Shown: positions 17,302 through 26,212 of the stretch, in pieces
Numbering within the stretch: the first letter of the stretch is position 1
Layout of the letters: every line of letters begins with the position of its first letter
Assembly (NCBI GenBank): GCA_943359365.1
Contig: CALRHG010000001.1
Span: 1-62,813 of the forward strand
DNA length: 62,813 nucleotides
Source: Candidatus Nomurabacteria bacterium
GTDB lineage: Bacteria > Patescibacteriota > Minisyncoccia > Phycocordibacterales > UBA9973
Direction of reading: 5' to 3'
Made by a program: the position numbers and the translations under genes
The notes under the pieces: generated by a model
What the model saw: only the letters and a program-made list of their open reading frames with translations
What the model was told of the DNA's origin: nothing
The model's database searches: none

Positions 17302-18976
17302 GAAAAAAGAAACCAAAAATTGTCAGAATTGCAAACAAGACTTCACAATCGAAGCTGAAGATTTCAATTTCTATGAAAAAATAAAAGTACCGGCTCCAAT
17401 CCTATGCTTTAAGTGCCGCCAGCATCGCCGATATGCTTGGCGAAACGAGCGGAATTTGTATCGGAGGAATTGCGATTTGTGCGGGAAGTCCACAGTAACT
17501 ATTTACTCTCCAAATAAGCCTTACAAAGTCTATTGTCACGATTGCTGGTGGGGCGACGGCTGGGATTTTACTTCTTACGGAAGAGATTTTGATTTTTCTA
17601 GACCGTTTTTTGAACAGTTCTCAGAGTTACAACATGAGGTTCCCCGCATGGCTCTATTAAATAAAAATAGCGTAAATTCCGAATACACAAACCACTCCGG
17701 AAATAATAAAAATGTTTATCTTTCTTTCTCCACTTTTGACGGGGAAAACATTATGTACAGTACTTGGATTATGGAAAATTCTCGGGATTGCATGGATTGC
17801 AGTTTTATTTATGAAAAAGGGGAACGTTTATATGAGGTTACTGACTCCCGAACATCCTATCAATGCCAGTACGGCATCTTTCTAAAAGATTGCTCTAATT
17901 GTTTATATTGCTACGATTGCCGCGGCTGCAACAACTGTTTTATGTCGACTAATTTGCGCAATAAAAGTTATGTTTTTAAAAATAAACAATATTCTCGAGA
18001 AGAATATCTAATTAAGATGAAAGAATACGAAATGTCTTCTTTTGCAACCCGGCAAGGCCTAGAAAAAGAATTTCAGGATATGATAGAGCAAAATGCTATC
18101 CATCGTTATGTCATAAGCGAGAGGAATGTGGATTCTCTTGGCAACCTTCTTTATGACTGCAAAAATGTAAAACAATCTTTTGAGGTTACAAGGGTAGAAG
18201 ACAGCAAGTACATATATGGAGCCATCGATGCTAAAAACTGTATGGATCTTTACCATGTGGGGCTAAATACTACTGAACTTTGCTATGAGCTGCAGGGTTG
18301 TACGAGAGTGAGCAACTGTCAATTTTGTCATCTATGTTATGACAACATGAATGTGCAATATTCCGACACCTGCCAAAACAGCCAAAATCTTTTCGGCTGT
18401 GTCTCGGTGAAAAAAGGCGAGTATCTTATTTTCAATAAAAAATATAGCAAAGCCGACTATGAATCTCTGAGGGAAAAAATTATCGAGCACATGAAAAAAA
18501 CAGGGGAGTATGGAGAATTTTTCCCTCCAGAAATCGCGCCGGTGTATTACAACGAGACGCAAGGCAATTTGTATATGCCCCTGACTAAAGAAGAAGTTTT
18601 AGCCAAAGGCTGGCATTGGGAGAATAATGTTCTGGGAACTTTTAGCAGAGAAACTATTTCTGCTGCAAAAATTCCGGACAAAATAGAAGATGTGCCGGAC
18701 TCTTATTTAAGCGAAATCTTTGCCTGCGCAAGCTGCTCCAAAAATTACAATATCACTAAGAATGAGCTATTGTTTTACAAAAAAGAAAATATTTCTCTTC
18801 CGCGAAAGTGCCCCAATTGTCGCTATAAACGCCGTTTCGACCTGCGACCAAAGAGGGAACTATGGCACAGAAAATGCATGAAGGCTGAATGCAAAAATGA
18901 ATTCGAAACTTGCTATCCGCCGGAATTCGCTGGGAAAGTTTACTGCGAGAAGTGTTATAACCAAGAAGTGTACTAA
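17300..18976 (+). CDS. Cys-rich multi-zinc-ribbon protein, family member 1
   Basis: 558-aa ORF. The N-terminal module (CQNCKQDF..FYEKIKVPAPILCFKCR..NCDLCGKS..VYCHDCWW) and the C-terminal module (CASCSKNY..LPRKCPNCR..VYCEKCYNQEVY) are related. The centre is rich in CxxC. Confidence 0.85.
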   Translation: MKKETKNCQNCKQDFTIEAEDFNFYEKIKVPAPILCFKCRQHRRYAWRNERNLYRRNCDLCGKSTVTIYSPNKPYKVYCHDCWWGDGWDFTSYGRDFDFSRPFFEQFSELQHEVPRMALLNKNSVNSEYTNHSGNNKNVYLSFSTFDGENIMYSTWIMENSRDCMDCSFIYEKGERLYEVTDSRTSYQCQYGIFLKDCSNCLYCYDCRGCNNCFMSTNLRNKSYVFKNKQYSREEYLIKMKEYEMSSFATRQGLEKEFQDMIEQNAIHRYVISERNVDSLGNLLYDCKNVKQSFEVTRVEDSKYIYGAIDAKNCMDLYHVGLNTTELCYELQGCTRVSNCQFCHLCYDNMNVQYSDTCQNSQNLFGCVSVKKGEYLIFNKKYSKADYESLREKIIEHMKKTGEYGEFFPPEIAPVYYNETQGNLYMPLTKEEVLAKGWHWENNVLGTFSRETISAAKIPDKIEDVPDSYLSEIFACASCSKNYNITKNELLFYKKENISLPRKCPNCRYKRRFDLRPKRELWHRKCMKAECKNEFETCYPPEFAGKVYCEKCYNQEVY

Positions 18977-18980
18977 GTCT

Positions 18981-19008
18981 ATTCTATAATTCTATAGAAT
19001 ATTAGAAT
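18981..19008 (+). promoter_or_regulatory. 28-bp four-hexamer palindrome, copy 2
   Basis: ATTCTA-TA-ATTCTATAGAAT-AT-TAGAAT. The TAGAAT at 19003-19008 ends 6 nt before ATG 19015. Confidence 0.6.
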
Positions 19009-19014
19009 GAAATT

Positions 19015-20706
19015 ATGAAAACCGAAATAAAAAACTGCCAAAATTGTAAAAAAGATTTCGTAATAGAACCGGACGATTTTGGATTTTACGAAAAAATCAA
19101 AGTACCTCCGCCGACTTGGTGCCCGCAATGCAGAATGCTGCGCCGGTTAAACTGGCAGGGGTACCGCATATTTTACAAAAGAAAATGTGATTTTAGCGGA
19201 GACTCAATTTTGAGTACATATCACCCGGATTCCCCGTACAAAGTCTACCGCCAGGATATATGGTGGAGCGACAAGTGGGATCCGAAAACTTACGGTAGGG
19301 ATATAGATTGGAACAAGCCTTTCTTAGAGCAATTTAGGGAATTAATGATCGAAATTCCGCACGCTTCTTTGGCTACGGAATACTCCACGATGCTTCGCAG
19401 TGACTATTGCAATGCGGCATCGGAATGCAAAGACTGTTATCTTTGTTTTCGCATTACCACAGGAGAGAATAGTGCTTATCTGAACACCGTTGTTGATGCC
19501 AAGCAATGCTTTGATTGTTCCTTTTTAAATCACTCAGAACTTTGTTATAGCTCCGTAAATATCAACAAATGCTACCAAGTATTTTTTTCACAAGACTGCA
19601 CCGAATGCCATGGTGTTTGGTTTTCGCGTGATTTAGTCGGGTGTTCGGATTGCGTAGGCTGTATCAATTTGCGAATGAAACAATACTGCATTTTCAATAA
19701 ACAGTACACAAAAGAAGAATATCAGAAAAAGTTGAAAGAATTTGATTTTGGCATACTGGCAAATGTGCAAGCTTTCAAGCTGCAGGTGGAAGAATTTATG
19801 AAGAAGGAGCCTAGAAAGCATTTTCATGGATTAAAAAATGTAAATGTTTCTGGAGAATATATTTCTAATTCCAAAAATGTACACGATTCGCACATGCTCG
19901 CAAACGGGCTAGATTTGCGTTACTGCCAATTTTTGAAAAACGGGCCTGCGTCTTCTTCGTATGATTGGACGCTGTTTGGTGATAATTCCGAGTTGATGTA
20001 CGAATGCGGCTGGTGCGGACTCGATTCGAGTAGCGTTAAATTCAGCGCGTGGAATTATTTTAATCTCAATATTGAATACTGTTTCGGTTGCCATCATTCT
20101 AGGAATTCGTTCGGCTGTACCAACCTGATAAAATCCGAATATTGTATTTTAAACAAACAATACACCAAAGAGGAATACGAGAAGCTAATTCCAAAAATAA
20201 AGCAGCACATGGTAGATATGCCTTTCAAAGACAACAAGGGAAGAATATATAAATATGGGGAAATGCTGCCGGCAGAATTTTCGCCTTGGTGTTACAACGA
20301 ATCGACAGCTTATGAATGGTTTCCGAAGACTAAAGAGGAAGCGGTTCTTCAGGGTTTGAAATGGCGCGAACAGGATTCTCATGAATACAAAGAGGCGACT
20401 ATGGAAATACCTATCCATATCAAAGATGTCAAAGACGATATTTTAAATGCGATTTTAAGATGCTCAGGTTGCGTAAAAAATTACCAAATTATACAAAAGG
20501 AGCTAGACTTTTTGCGGCAAATGAATTTGCCGATTCCGCGACAGTGCCCTTTGTGCCGAGACCGTGCGCGCCTGAAATTATTGAACCCTATTGCTGTTTA
20601 TGACAGAAAGTGTGCAAAATGTGATAAAGAAATTAAAACTTCGTATGCTCCAGACCGACCAGAAATCGTTTATTGTGAAAAGTGTTATCAACAAGAGGTT
20701 TATTGA
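19015..20706 (+). CDS. Cys-rich multi-zinc-ribbon protein, family member 2
   Basis: 563-aa paralog that ends ..IVYCEKCYQQEVY. The second N-terminal zinc knuckle is degenerate (KCDFSGDS, VYRQDIWW). Confidence 0.85.
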   Translation: MKTEIKNCQNCKKDFVIEPDDFGFYEKIKVPPPTWCPQCRMLRRLNWQGYRIFYKRKCDFSGDSILSTYHPDSPYKVYRQDIWWSDKWDPKTYGRDIDWNKPFLEQFRELMIEIPHASLATEYSTMLRSDYCNAASECKDCYLCFRITTGENSAYLNTVVDAKQCFDCSFLNHSELCYSSVNINKCYQVFFSQDCTECHGVWFSRDLVGCSDCVGCINLRMKQYCIFNKQYTKEEYQKKLKEFDFGILANVQAFKLQVEEFMKKEPRKHFHGLKNVNVSGEYISNSKNVHDSHMLANGLDLRYCQFLKNGPASSSYDWTLFGDNSELMYECGWCGLDSSSVKFSAWNYFNLNIEYCFGCHHSRNSFGCTNLIKSEYCILNKQYTKEEYEKLIPKIKQHMVDMPFKDNKGRIYKYGEMLPAEFSPWCYNESTAYEWFPKTKEEAVLQGLKWREQDSHEYKEATMEIPIHIKDVKDDILNAILRCSGCVKNYQIIQKELDFLRQMNLPIPRQCPLCRDRARLKLLNPIAVYDRKCAKCDKEIKTSYAPDRPEIVYCEKCYQQEVY

Positions 20707-20712
20707 TTGGCT

Positions 20713-20743
20713 AATTCGTACGAATGGGTAAATAGAGAAATTA
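20713..20743. repeat. conserved ~30-nt element containing the palindrome ATTCGTACGAAT, copy A
   Basis: TAATTCGTACGAATGGGTAAATAGAGAAATTA recurs almost unchanged at 51641-51671. Confidence 0.7.
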
Positions 20744-20775
20744 CCTAACTCTAACGGTCGTAAAAATTAGGTAAT

Positions 20776-21324
20776 TTACTTTCCAAAAGTCTCAAATAAA
20801 AACTTTTTCGTTTCTTCGTCTACGAATTCGGTGACTATGATCATCATCTCGGTGGTGAGACCGAGATCTTTTTTTATATTCGTGAACAGATGTTCAAAAG
20901 GGAAAGGGGAGATCCACGCGGAATTTTTCAGGCAGACGAAACCGGCTTTCTTTAGTAGGTAGCGTAGGCTCTCGCGCTCGCTTTTTCTGTTCTCCGGCAG
21001 ATCGAGCAAAATAATTCTCCAAAATCCGTCCCAAGTGGTGTTTACGAGTGTTGTATCGCTATCTAATTTTAAACTATGTACTTTTTTTCTGCCTTCTTTG
21101 GTCAGGCGGGCGTATTCATTTTGCGGAGAGGAGACATGCTCTATCAATCCTGCTTCTTTGAGGCCTTTTAGAGAGCGAGTTACGGCATATGAATTTTTGC
21201 TCCCCTCCTTGTGGAGGAGGGGGCTGGGGGTGGTGATTTGTTCTTTAATTTCCGGCAAAGAAACAGCACTTTTTTCGCCTAAAATCTTTAAAATTTTGTT
21301 CGAATAGTCTTTCCTGCTTGACAT
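20776..21324 (-). CDS. winged-helix transcriptional regulator, PaaX-like
   Basis: N-terminal wHTH (AVTRSLKGLKEAGLIEH), then WDGFWRIILLDLPENRKSERESLRYLLKKAGFVCLKNSAWISP, which resembles the PaaX middle domain. Confidence 0.55.
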   Translation of the reverse strand: MSSRKDYSNKILKILGEKSAVSLPEIKEQITTPSPLLHKEGSKNSYAVTRSLKGLKEAGLIEHVSSPQNEYARLTKEGRKKVHSLKLDSDTTLVNTTWDGFWRIILLDLPENRKSERESLRYLLKKAGFVCLKNSAWISPFPFEHLFTNIKKDLGLTTEMMIIVTEFVDEETKKFLFETFGK

Positions 21325-21411
21325 GTTTATAGGCTATCATATATACTCTAATTATACAAGTTTTTAGTGGTCACGAAATATAAGTAAATTATTAAATTAA
21401 CCAATAAACAT

Positions 21412-23331
21412 ATGGCAAAAATTATAGGTATAGACTTGGGTACGACGAATTCGGCGGTAGCTATCATTGAAGGAGGGGTTCCGAAAATTGTGGAAAATAT
21501 CGAGGGCAACCGGACCACTCCTTCGGTGGTGGCGACGGCGAAAAATGGCGACCGTATTGTCGGGCTTTTGGCTCGCAGACAAGCTATTACTAATCCGGAA
21601 AATACTATTGCGGAAATTAAAAGATTCATGGGTCATCGTTTTGATGATCCGGAAGTGCAGAAAGATCGCGGAACAGCGGCATTTAAAATCGAACAGGGCG
21701 ATGGCGGCGGAGTGAAAGTAAAAATGCTGGATAAATTTTATCGACCAGAAGAAGTTTCGGCGATGATTTTGCAGAAAATAAAAGCGGATGTGGAAGCAAA
21801 GCTTGGAGAAAAAATTACTGAGGCTGTCATCACCGTGCCGGCGTACTTCAACGACTCGCAGCGTAAAGCAACCAAGGACGCGGGAGCTATCGCGGGGCTG
21901 GATGTAAAGCGAATCATCAACGAGCCGACAGCAGCTGCGCTTGCCTACGGTTTTGATAAAAAGAAAAATGAAAAAATAGTGGTCTATGACTTCGGCGGGG
22001 GAACTTTCGACGTGTCTGTGCTGGAAATCGGCAGTGATGTTATCGAAGTGAAGTCTATAGATGGAGACAGCCACTTAGGTGGAGGCGACATAGACCGAAT
22101 AATCGTGAAGTGGATTGCAGAGCAATACAAAAAAGAGTCAGGCATAGATGTGACCAAAGACCCGCTCGCGCATCAGAGGCTTCGCGAGGCGGCAGAAAAA
22201 GCCAAGCATGAACTTTCGACGACGATGGAGGCAGAAATAAATATTCCGTTTATCACTTCCGATGCCGGCGGTCCGAAGCATTTGCTCATGAAAATGTCCC
22301 GCGCTACTTTGGAATCTTTGACTAAAGAATTAATTGATCGCTCTATTGAAATTACCAAAAGAGCTCTCGCGGCTTCGCCTTTCAAGATGAACGAAATAAA
22401 TGAAATCATCATGGTCGGCGGGCAGACCAGAATGCCGAGGATTGTGCAGGCAGTAAAGGAACTTTTTGGCAAGGAGCCGAACATGTCCATCAATCCGGAC
22501 GAAGTGGTGGCGCTCGGCGCGGCGGTGCAGGCCGGCGTGCTGGCTGGAGATGTGCGTGATGTTCTCTTGCTCGATGTTATTCCGCTTTCCTTGGGTATTG
22601 AAACTTTGGGAGGCGTTGCGACAAAATTGGTTGAAAGAAATACAACAATTCCTTCCAGTAAGTCGCAGACATTTTCTACCGCGGCTGATAATCAGACTTC
22701 AGTGGAAATTCATATTGTGCAAGGCGAGCGCCCGATGGCTTCGGACAACCGTTCCCTCGGACGATTTATCTTGGATGGCGTTCCGCCAGCTCCTCGCGGT
22801 ATGCCGCAAATTGAAGTTTCCTTCGATGTGGACGCGAACGGCATCTTGAATGTCGCGGCGAAAGATAAGGCTTCCGGCAAATCGCAGTCGATTAAAATAG
22901 AAGCAAGCTCCGGCCTGAAAGACGAAGACATCAAAAAAATGCAGCAGGACGCGGAGCTACATGCGACGGAAGACAAAAAGAAAAAAGAAGGTATAGATAT
23001 TAGAAATACCGCCGAAATGATCATTTACACCGCAGAGAAAGCATTGAAGGATAACGAAGCAAAAATTCCGGCGGAGTTAAAAGAAAGTGTTAATTTGAAA
23101 ATTGCTGCGCTTCGGGGCGCGAAAGATTTGCCAGCCGGTGCGGGTGGCAATGACATAGAAACAATCAAAAAAGCGACGGAAGAGCTTTCTGCTGAAATGT
23201 CTAAAATAGGTGAAGCGATGGCGAAAGCCGGAGCCACGCCCCAATCCCCAAAACCACCGGAAGAACAGCCAGCGGAAGTAAAAGACGCGGAATTCAAAGA
23301 GGGAGATAAGCCAAAGGACGAAACAAAATAA
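21412..23331 (+). CDS. dnaK: molecular chaperone DnaK (Hsp70)
   Basis: [28 protein letters not shown] and a C-terminal substrate-binding domain. Confidence 0.97.
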   Translation: MAKIIGIDLGTTNSAVAIIEGGVPKIVENIEGNRTTPSVVATAKNGDRIVGLLARRQAITNPENTIAEIKRFMGHRFDDPEVQKDRGTAAFKIEQGDGGGVKVKMLDKFYRPEEVSAMILQKIKADVEAKLGEKITEAVITVPAYFNDSQRKATKDAGAIAGLDVKRIINEPTAAALAYGFDKKKNEKIVVYDFGGGTFDVSVLEIGSDVIEVKSIDGDSHLGGGDIDRIIVKWIAEQYKKESGIDVTKDPLAHQRLREAAEKAKHELSTTMEAEINIPFITSDAGGPKHLLMKMSRATLESLTKELIDRSIEITKRALAASPFKMNEINEIIMVGGQTRMPRIVQAVKELFGKEPNMSINPDEVVALGAAVQAGVLAGDVRDVLLLDVIPLSLGIETLGGVATKLVERNTTIPSSKSQTFSTAADNQTSVEIHIVQGERPMASDNRSLGRFILDGVPPAPRGMPQIEVSFDVDANGILNVAAKDKASGKSQSIKIEASSGLKDEDIKKMQQDAELHATEDKKKKEGIDIRNTAEMIIYTAEKALKDNEAKIPAELKESVNLKIAALRGAKDLPAGAGGNDIETIKKATEELSAEMSKIGEAMAKAGATPQSPKPPEEQPAEVKDAEFKEGDKPKDETK

Positions 23332-23355
23332 ATTATTAATACAAATAAAATTATT

Positions 23356-23622
23356 ATGATTGACCCAACGAAAGTAGACATGAACCAGCTGCCAAAGAAG
23401 TTTATTGACGGAGCTATTGGCGGCTATGGCAAAGAAATTTTTTCTTTTGCTCTAACCTCAGGAAACAATTTGGATTCTTTTGCGACTACTCCTCAAGTAA
23501 TGAAAAGCATCTCAACTTGGCTAAATGTACAAGTGCAAAATTACGAGAAGCAATTTGGCGCGATTGACATGACCCCGCCATCAATACAGAGCCCTCTGCA
23601 GAGATCAGATTTGGGAAAATAA
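23356..23622 (+). CDS. small conserved hypothetical protein (possibly DUF3467-like)
   Basis: 88-aa ORF. The pattern ..TTPQVMKSISTWLNVQVQNYEKQFGAI.. resembles DUF3467 as I remember it. Confidence 0.4.
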   Translation: MIDPTKVDMNQLPKKFIDGAIGGYGKEIFSFALTSGNNLDSFATTPQVMKSISTWLNVQVQNYEKQFGAIDMTPPSIQSPLQRSDLGK

Positions 23623-23664
23623 GATTATTATCCCAAAACTCCATTTTCTTGTTATAATACCCAA

Positions 23665-23955
23665 ATGAACGAACAAGACAAAAAAGAAATACACGTAGAT
23701 ATATTGAAGCATGTCGAGGGGTTATCGCAGAAAATAAACAACATGATGGCGCCGAGAACGCAGGCGGTTTTGGCTAGGTATCCCATTACCTTTGGGGTTT
23801 TGATACTTTTCGGCGTTATATCTTTGCACGAAGGCTTGAAAGGGCTCATGAAAGAGTTTGGATTTCTAGATATCAATCCTTGGTATCCATTTATAATCGG
23901 GCTAGTGATTTTGATTATTACCGGCACTTTGTATAAAAAATTGGACGATAAATAG
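23665..23955 (+). CDS. small membrane protein, unknown function
   Basis: 96 aa with two hydrophobic helices (ITFGVLILFGVISL, FIIGLVILIITGTL). Confidence 0.5.
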   Translation: MNEQDKKEIHVDILKHVEGLSQKINNMMAPRTQAVLARYPITFGVLILFGVISLHEGLKGLMKEFGFLDINPWYPFIIGLVILIITGTLYKKLDDK

Positions 23956-24031
23956 ATTTATCTTCAAAGGGCTAGTGGACTATTCTTGAGGGGCTTTTAG
24001 TTTCGGCTATTTTATTGTAAAATAGTGTTGT

Positions 24032-26179
24032 ATGGAATTACCCGAAATACCTTTCAATAAAGACCTGACATATATTGGGATTACGACATATCGGGACAAG
24101 AATCAGCTTTTTGGCATCAAGCGCAAAGACAGGCGCCAGCATGTTTACATGCTCGGAAAGTCCGGTACCGGTAAATCCGTGCTGATGTTTAATATGATTA
24201 TCCAGAACATTCGAAACGGCGACGGAGTCTGCATGGTGGACCCGCACGGAGAAAATGTCGAAGCGGTTCTCTCGGCTATTCCACCGGAACGCATCAAGGA
24301 CGTCGTTTATTTCAACCCCGCTGACGCCGAGCACCATATTGGATTCAATGTTCTCGAATTGATCGATCCTCAGTACAAGCATTTGGTGGCGTCCGGCCTC
24401 ATGGGAATTTTCACGAAAATTTGGGCGAACGCTTGGAGCGCCCGCATGGAATATATTTTGAACAATGCAATTCTCGCCCTTCTGGACACTCCGGGCACCA
24501 CACTCCTCGGCATTCCGCGCATGCTTGTGGACAAAGATTATCGCCAGAAAATAATTTCCAATTTGAAAGACCCTGTCATCAAAGCTTTCTGGGTGCACGA
24601 GTATGAAGCTTGGCAGGATAAATTCCGAAACGAAGCCATCGCGCCGATTCAAAACAAAGTCGGGCAGTTTCTCTCTACAAGCATAATTCGAAATGTCGTC
24701 GGCCAGTCGAAGAGCACGATAAATATTTTCGACATGATGAACGACGGCAAGATTTTCTTGGTAAACGTTTCCAAGGGGCGCATCGGCGAAGACAACTCTG
24801 GACTGCTCGGAGGCATGATCATCACTAAAATTCAGCTGGCGGCCATGGAGCGTGTGCGTATTCCGGAAGAACAGCGCCGAGACTTTTATCTTTTCGTCGA
24901 CGAATTCCAAAATTTCGTGACGGACGCTTTTGCTGGCATTCTTTCGGAGGCTCGTAAATACAGATTGAACCTGACGGTGGCGCACCAATATACAGCCCAG
25001 CTGGTGGTGGACAAAAGTTCGGCGGTGCGCGACGCAGTTTTCGGCAACGTGGGCACGACGATAGTTTTCAGAGTTGGCGCCGACGATGCGGAATTTTTGG
25101 AAAGTGAATTCGAGCCGGAATTTACTCCGCTAGACATATTAAACCTGCCAAACTACAAGATTTATATAAAACTAATGATAGACGGCGTGACCTCCCGCCC
25201 TTTTTCCTGTAAAACTTTGCCTCAGCTGGTAAAGTCCGGCGATAAAAAAGTTGAAGATGAAGTTATCCGCTCTTCACGCGCGCTTTATTGCCGGCCGAGG
25301 GAAGTGGTAGAAAGGGAAATCAACGACTGGAGCGGAATGTCTCTCGGTGATGACACCTCGAGCGGATCCGGAGCCCTGGAGAAATTTCCCACAGTATGCT
25401 CGCTCTGTAAAAAAGAAACGACGGTGCCGTTCAAGCCGGAGCCGGGGCGCCCAGTGTACTGTAAAGAATGCATTGCGAAAATAAAATCCGGCGAAGTAAA
25501 AGTTGAAAAGGGAAGAGAAGACCAGATCAAGTACGATGAGTCTACTTTTTTCAAACCATTGGCTGATCTGGGCATAGAATTCGAACGAAAAGATCAAGGC
25601 AAAGATGCGAAAAGCGAAACAGCAAATCGCTTTCCGGAAAGAGTAAATAAGCCTAGTATCGTCGGAGCTATTAAAAAAGTCTTCAAGTCCGCTAAACCAG
25701 CAGGTTCGCTTGGTGGTTTGGTCGTCAAGCCCGCTCCCGCGCCGATTATAGCCAAAGCAAATATCGCTACCCCTCCACCAATTCCGCCAAAAGTAGTTAT
25801 CCCTAAAAAGCCCCCAGCAAAAGACAATATAGCCTTAAGAGAAATTTTAAATGAAACACTGAAAGCCGAGGTAGAAAAGCCTATCCCGGTGCCGGAACCA
25901 AAAAAAGAAATTGTGCCGCCTGTACCCCCAGTAAAAGCGCCGGAGCCGATTTCACTTGATGCTCTCAAAAATAAAATCAAAGAACCTACGCAATCAAAAG
26001 ACCGCGCTGCGAGCCATGAGGACATGAATAAATTGAAGAATTTGATTGCGGAGAAAATCACCACTCCAGCTAAAGCCACTCCTCCTCCAAAAGGAGGGGA
26101 AGAGACTCCTGCGCCAACCCCAGTTCCTAAAAAGCCAAAAGAAGTTCCGGAAGACGTCTTAAGAAAAATTTTAGAGTAA
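24032..26179 (+). CDS. T4CP/TraD-VirD4-like P-loop ATPase with a C-terminal zinc ribbon and a Pro/Lys-rich tail
   Basis: Walker A LGKSGTGKS, Walker B FYLFVDEFQNF, ARKYRLNLTVAHQY. Zinc ribbon CSLCKKETTVPFKPEPGRPVYCKEC (25397-25471). No N-terminal TM segment. Confidence 0.75.
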   Translation: MELPEIPFNKDLTYIGITTYRDKNQLFGIKRKDRRQHVYMLGKSGTGKSVLMFNMIIQNIRNGDGVCMVDPHGENVEAVLSAIPPERIKDVVYFNPADAEHHIGFNVLELIDPQYKHLVASGLMGIFTKIWANAWSARMEYILNNAILALLDTPGTTLLGIPRMLVDKDYRQKIISNLKDPVIKAFWVHEYEAWQDKFRNEAIAPIQNKVGQFLSTSIIRNVVGQSKSTINIFDMMNDGKIFLVNVSKGRIGEDNSGLLGGMIITKIQLAAMERVRIPEEQRRDFYLFVDEFQNFVTDAFAGILSEARKYRLNLTVAHQYTAQLVVDKSSAVRDAVFGNVGTTIVFRVGADDAEFLESEFEPEFTPLDILNLPNYKIYIKLMIDGVTSRPFSCKTLPQLVKSGDKKVEDEVIRSSRALYCRPREVVEREINDWSGMSLGDDTSSGSGALEKFPTVCSLCKKETTVPFKPEPGRPVYCKECIAKIKSGEVKVEKGREDQIKYDESTFFKPLADLGIEFERKDQGKDAKSETANRFPERVNKPSIVGAIKKVFKSAKPAGSLGGLVVKPAPAPIIAKANIATPPPIPPKVVIPKKPPAKDNIALREILNETLKAEVEKPIPVPEPKKEIVPPVPPVKAPEPISLDALKNKIKEPTQSKDRAASHEDMNKLKNLIAEKITTPAKATPPPKGGEETPAPTPVPKKPKEVPEDVLRKILE

Positions 26180-26184
26180 AATCT

Positions 26185-26212
26185 ATTCTAAAATTCTATA
26201 GAATTATAGAAT
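26185..26212 (+). promoter_or_regulatory. 28-bp four-hexamer palindrome, copy 3
   Basis: ATTCTA-AA-ATTCTATAGAAT-TA-TAGAAT. The TAGAAT at 26199-26204 ends 6 nt before ATG 26211. Confidence 0.6.

Noticed and set aside
21325-21411. CIRCE/HrcA operator upstream of dnaK (also checked upstream of grpE and dnaJ)
   Set aside because: I saw no TTAGCACTC-N9-GAGTGCTAA-like inverted repeat in these upstream regions.
21397-22074. 225-aa minus-strand ORF
   Set aside because: It is antisense to dnaK, whose identity is unambiguous.
24038-24988. 316-aa minus-strand ORF
   Set aside because: It is entirely antisense to the strongly supported T4CP-like ATPase gene. It has no recognisable motifs and is a typical shadow ORF.
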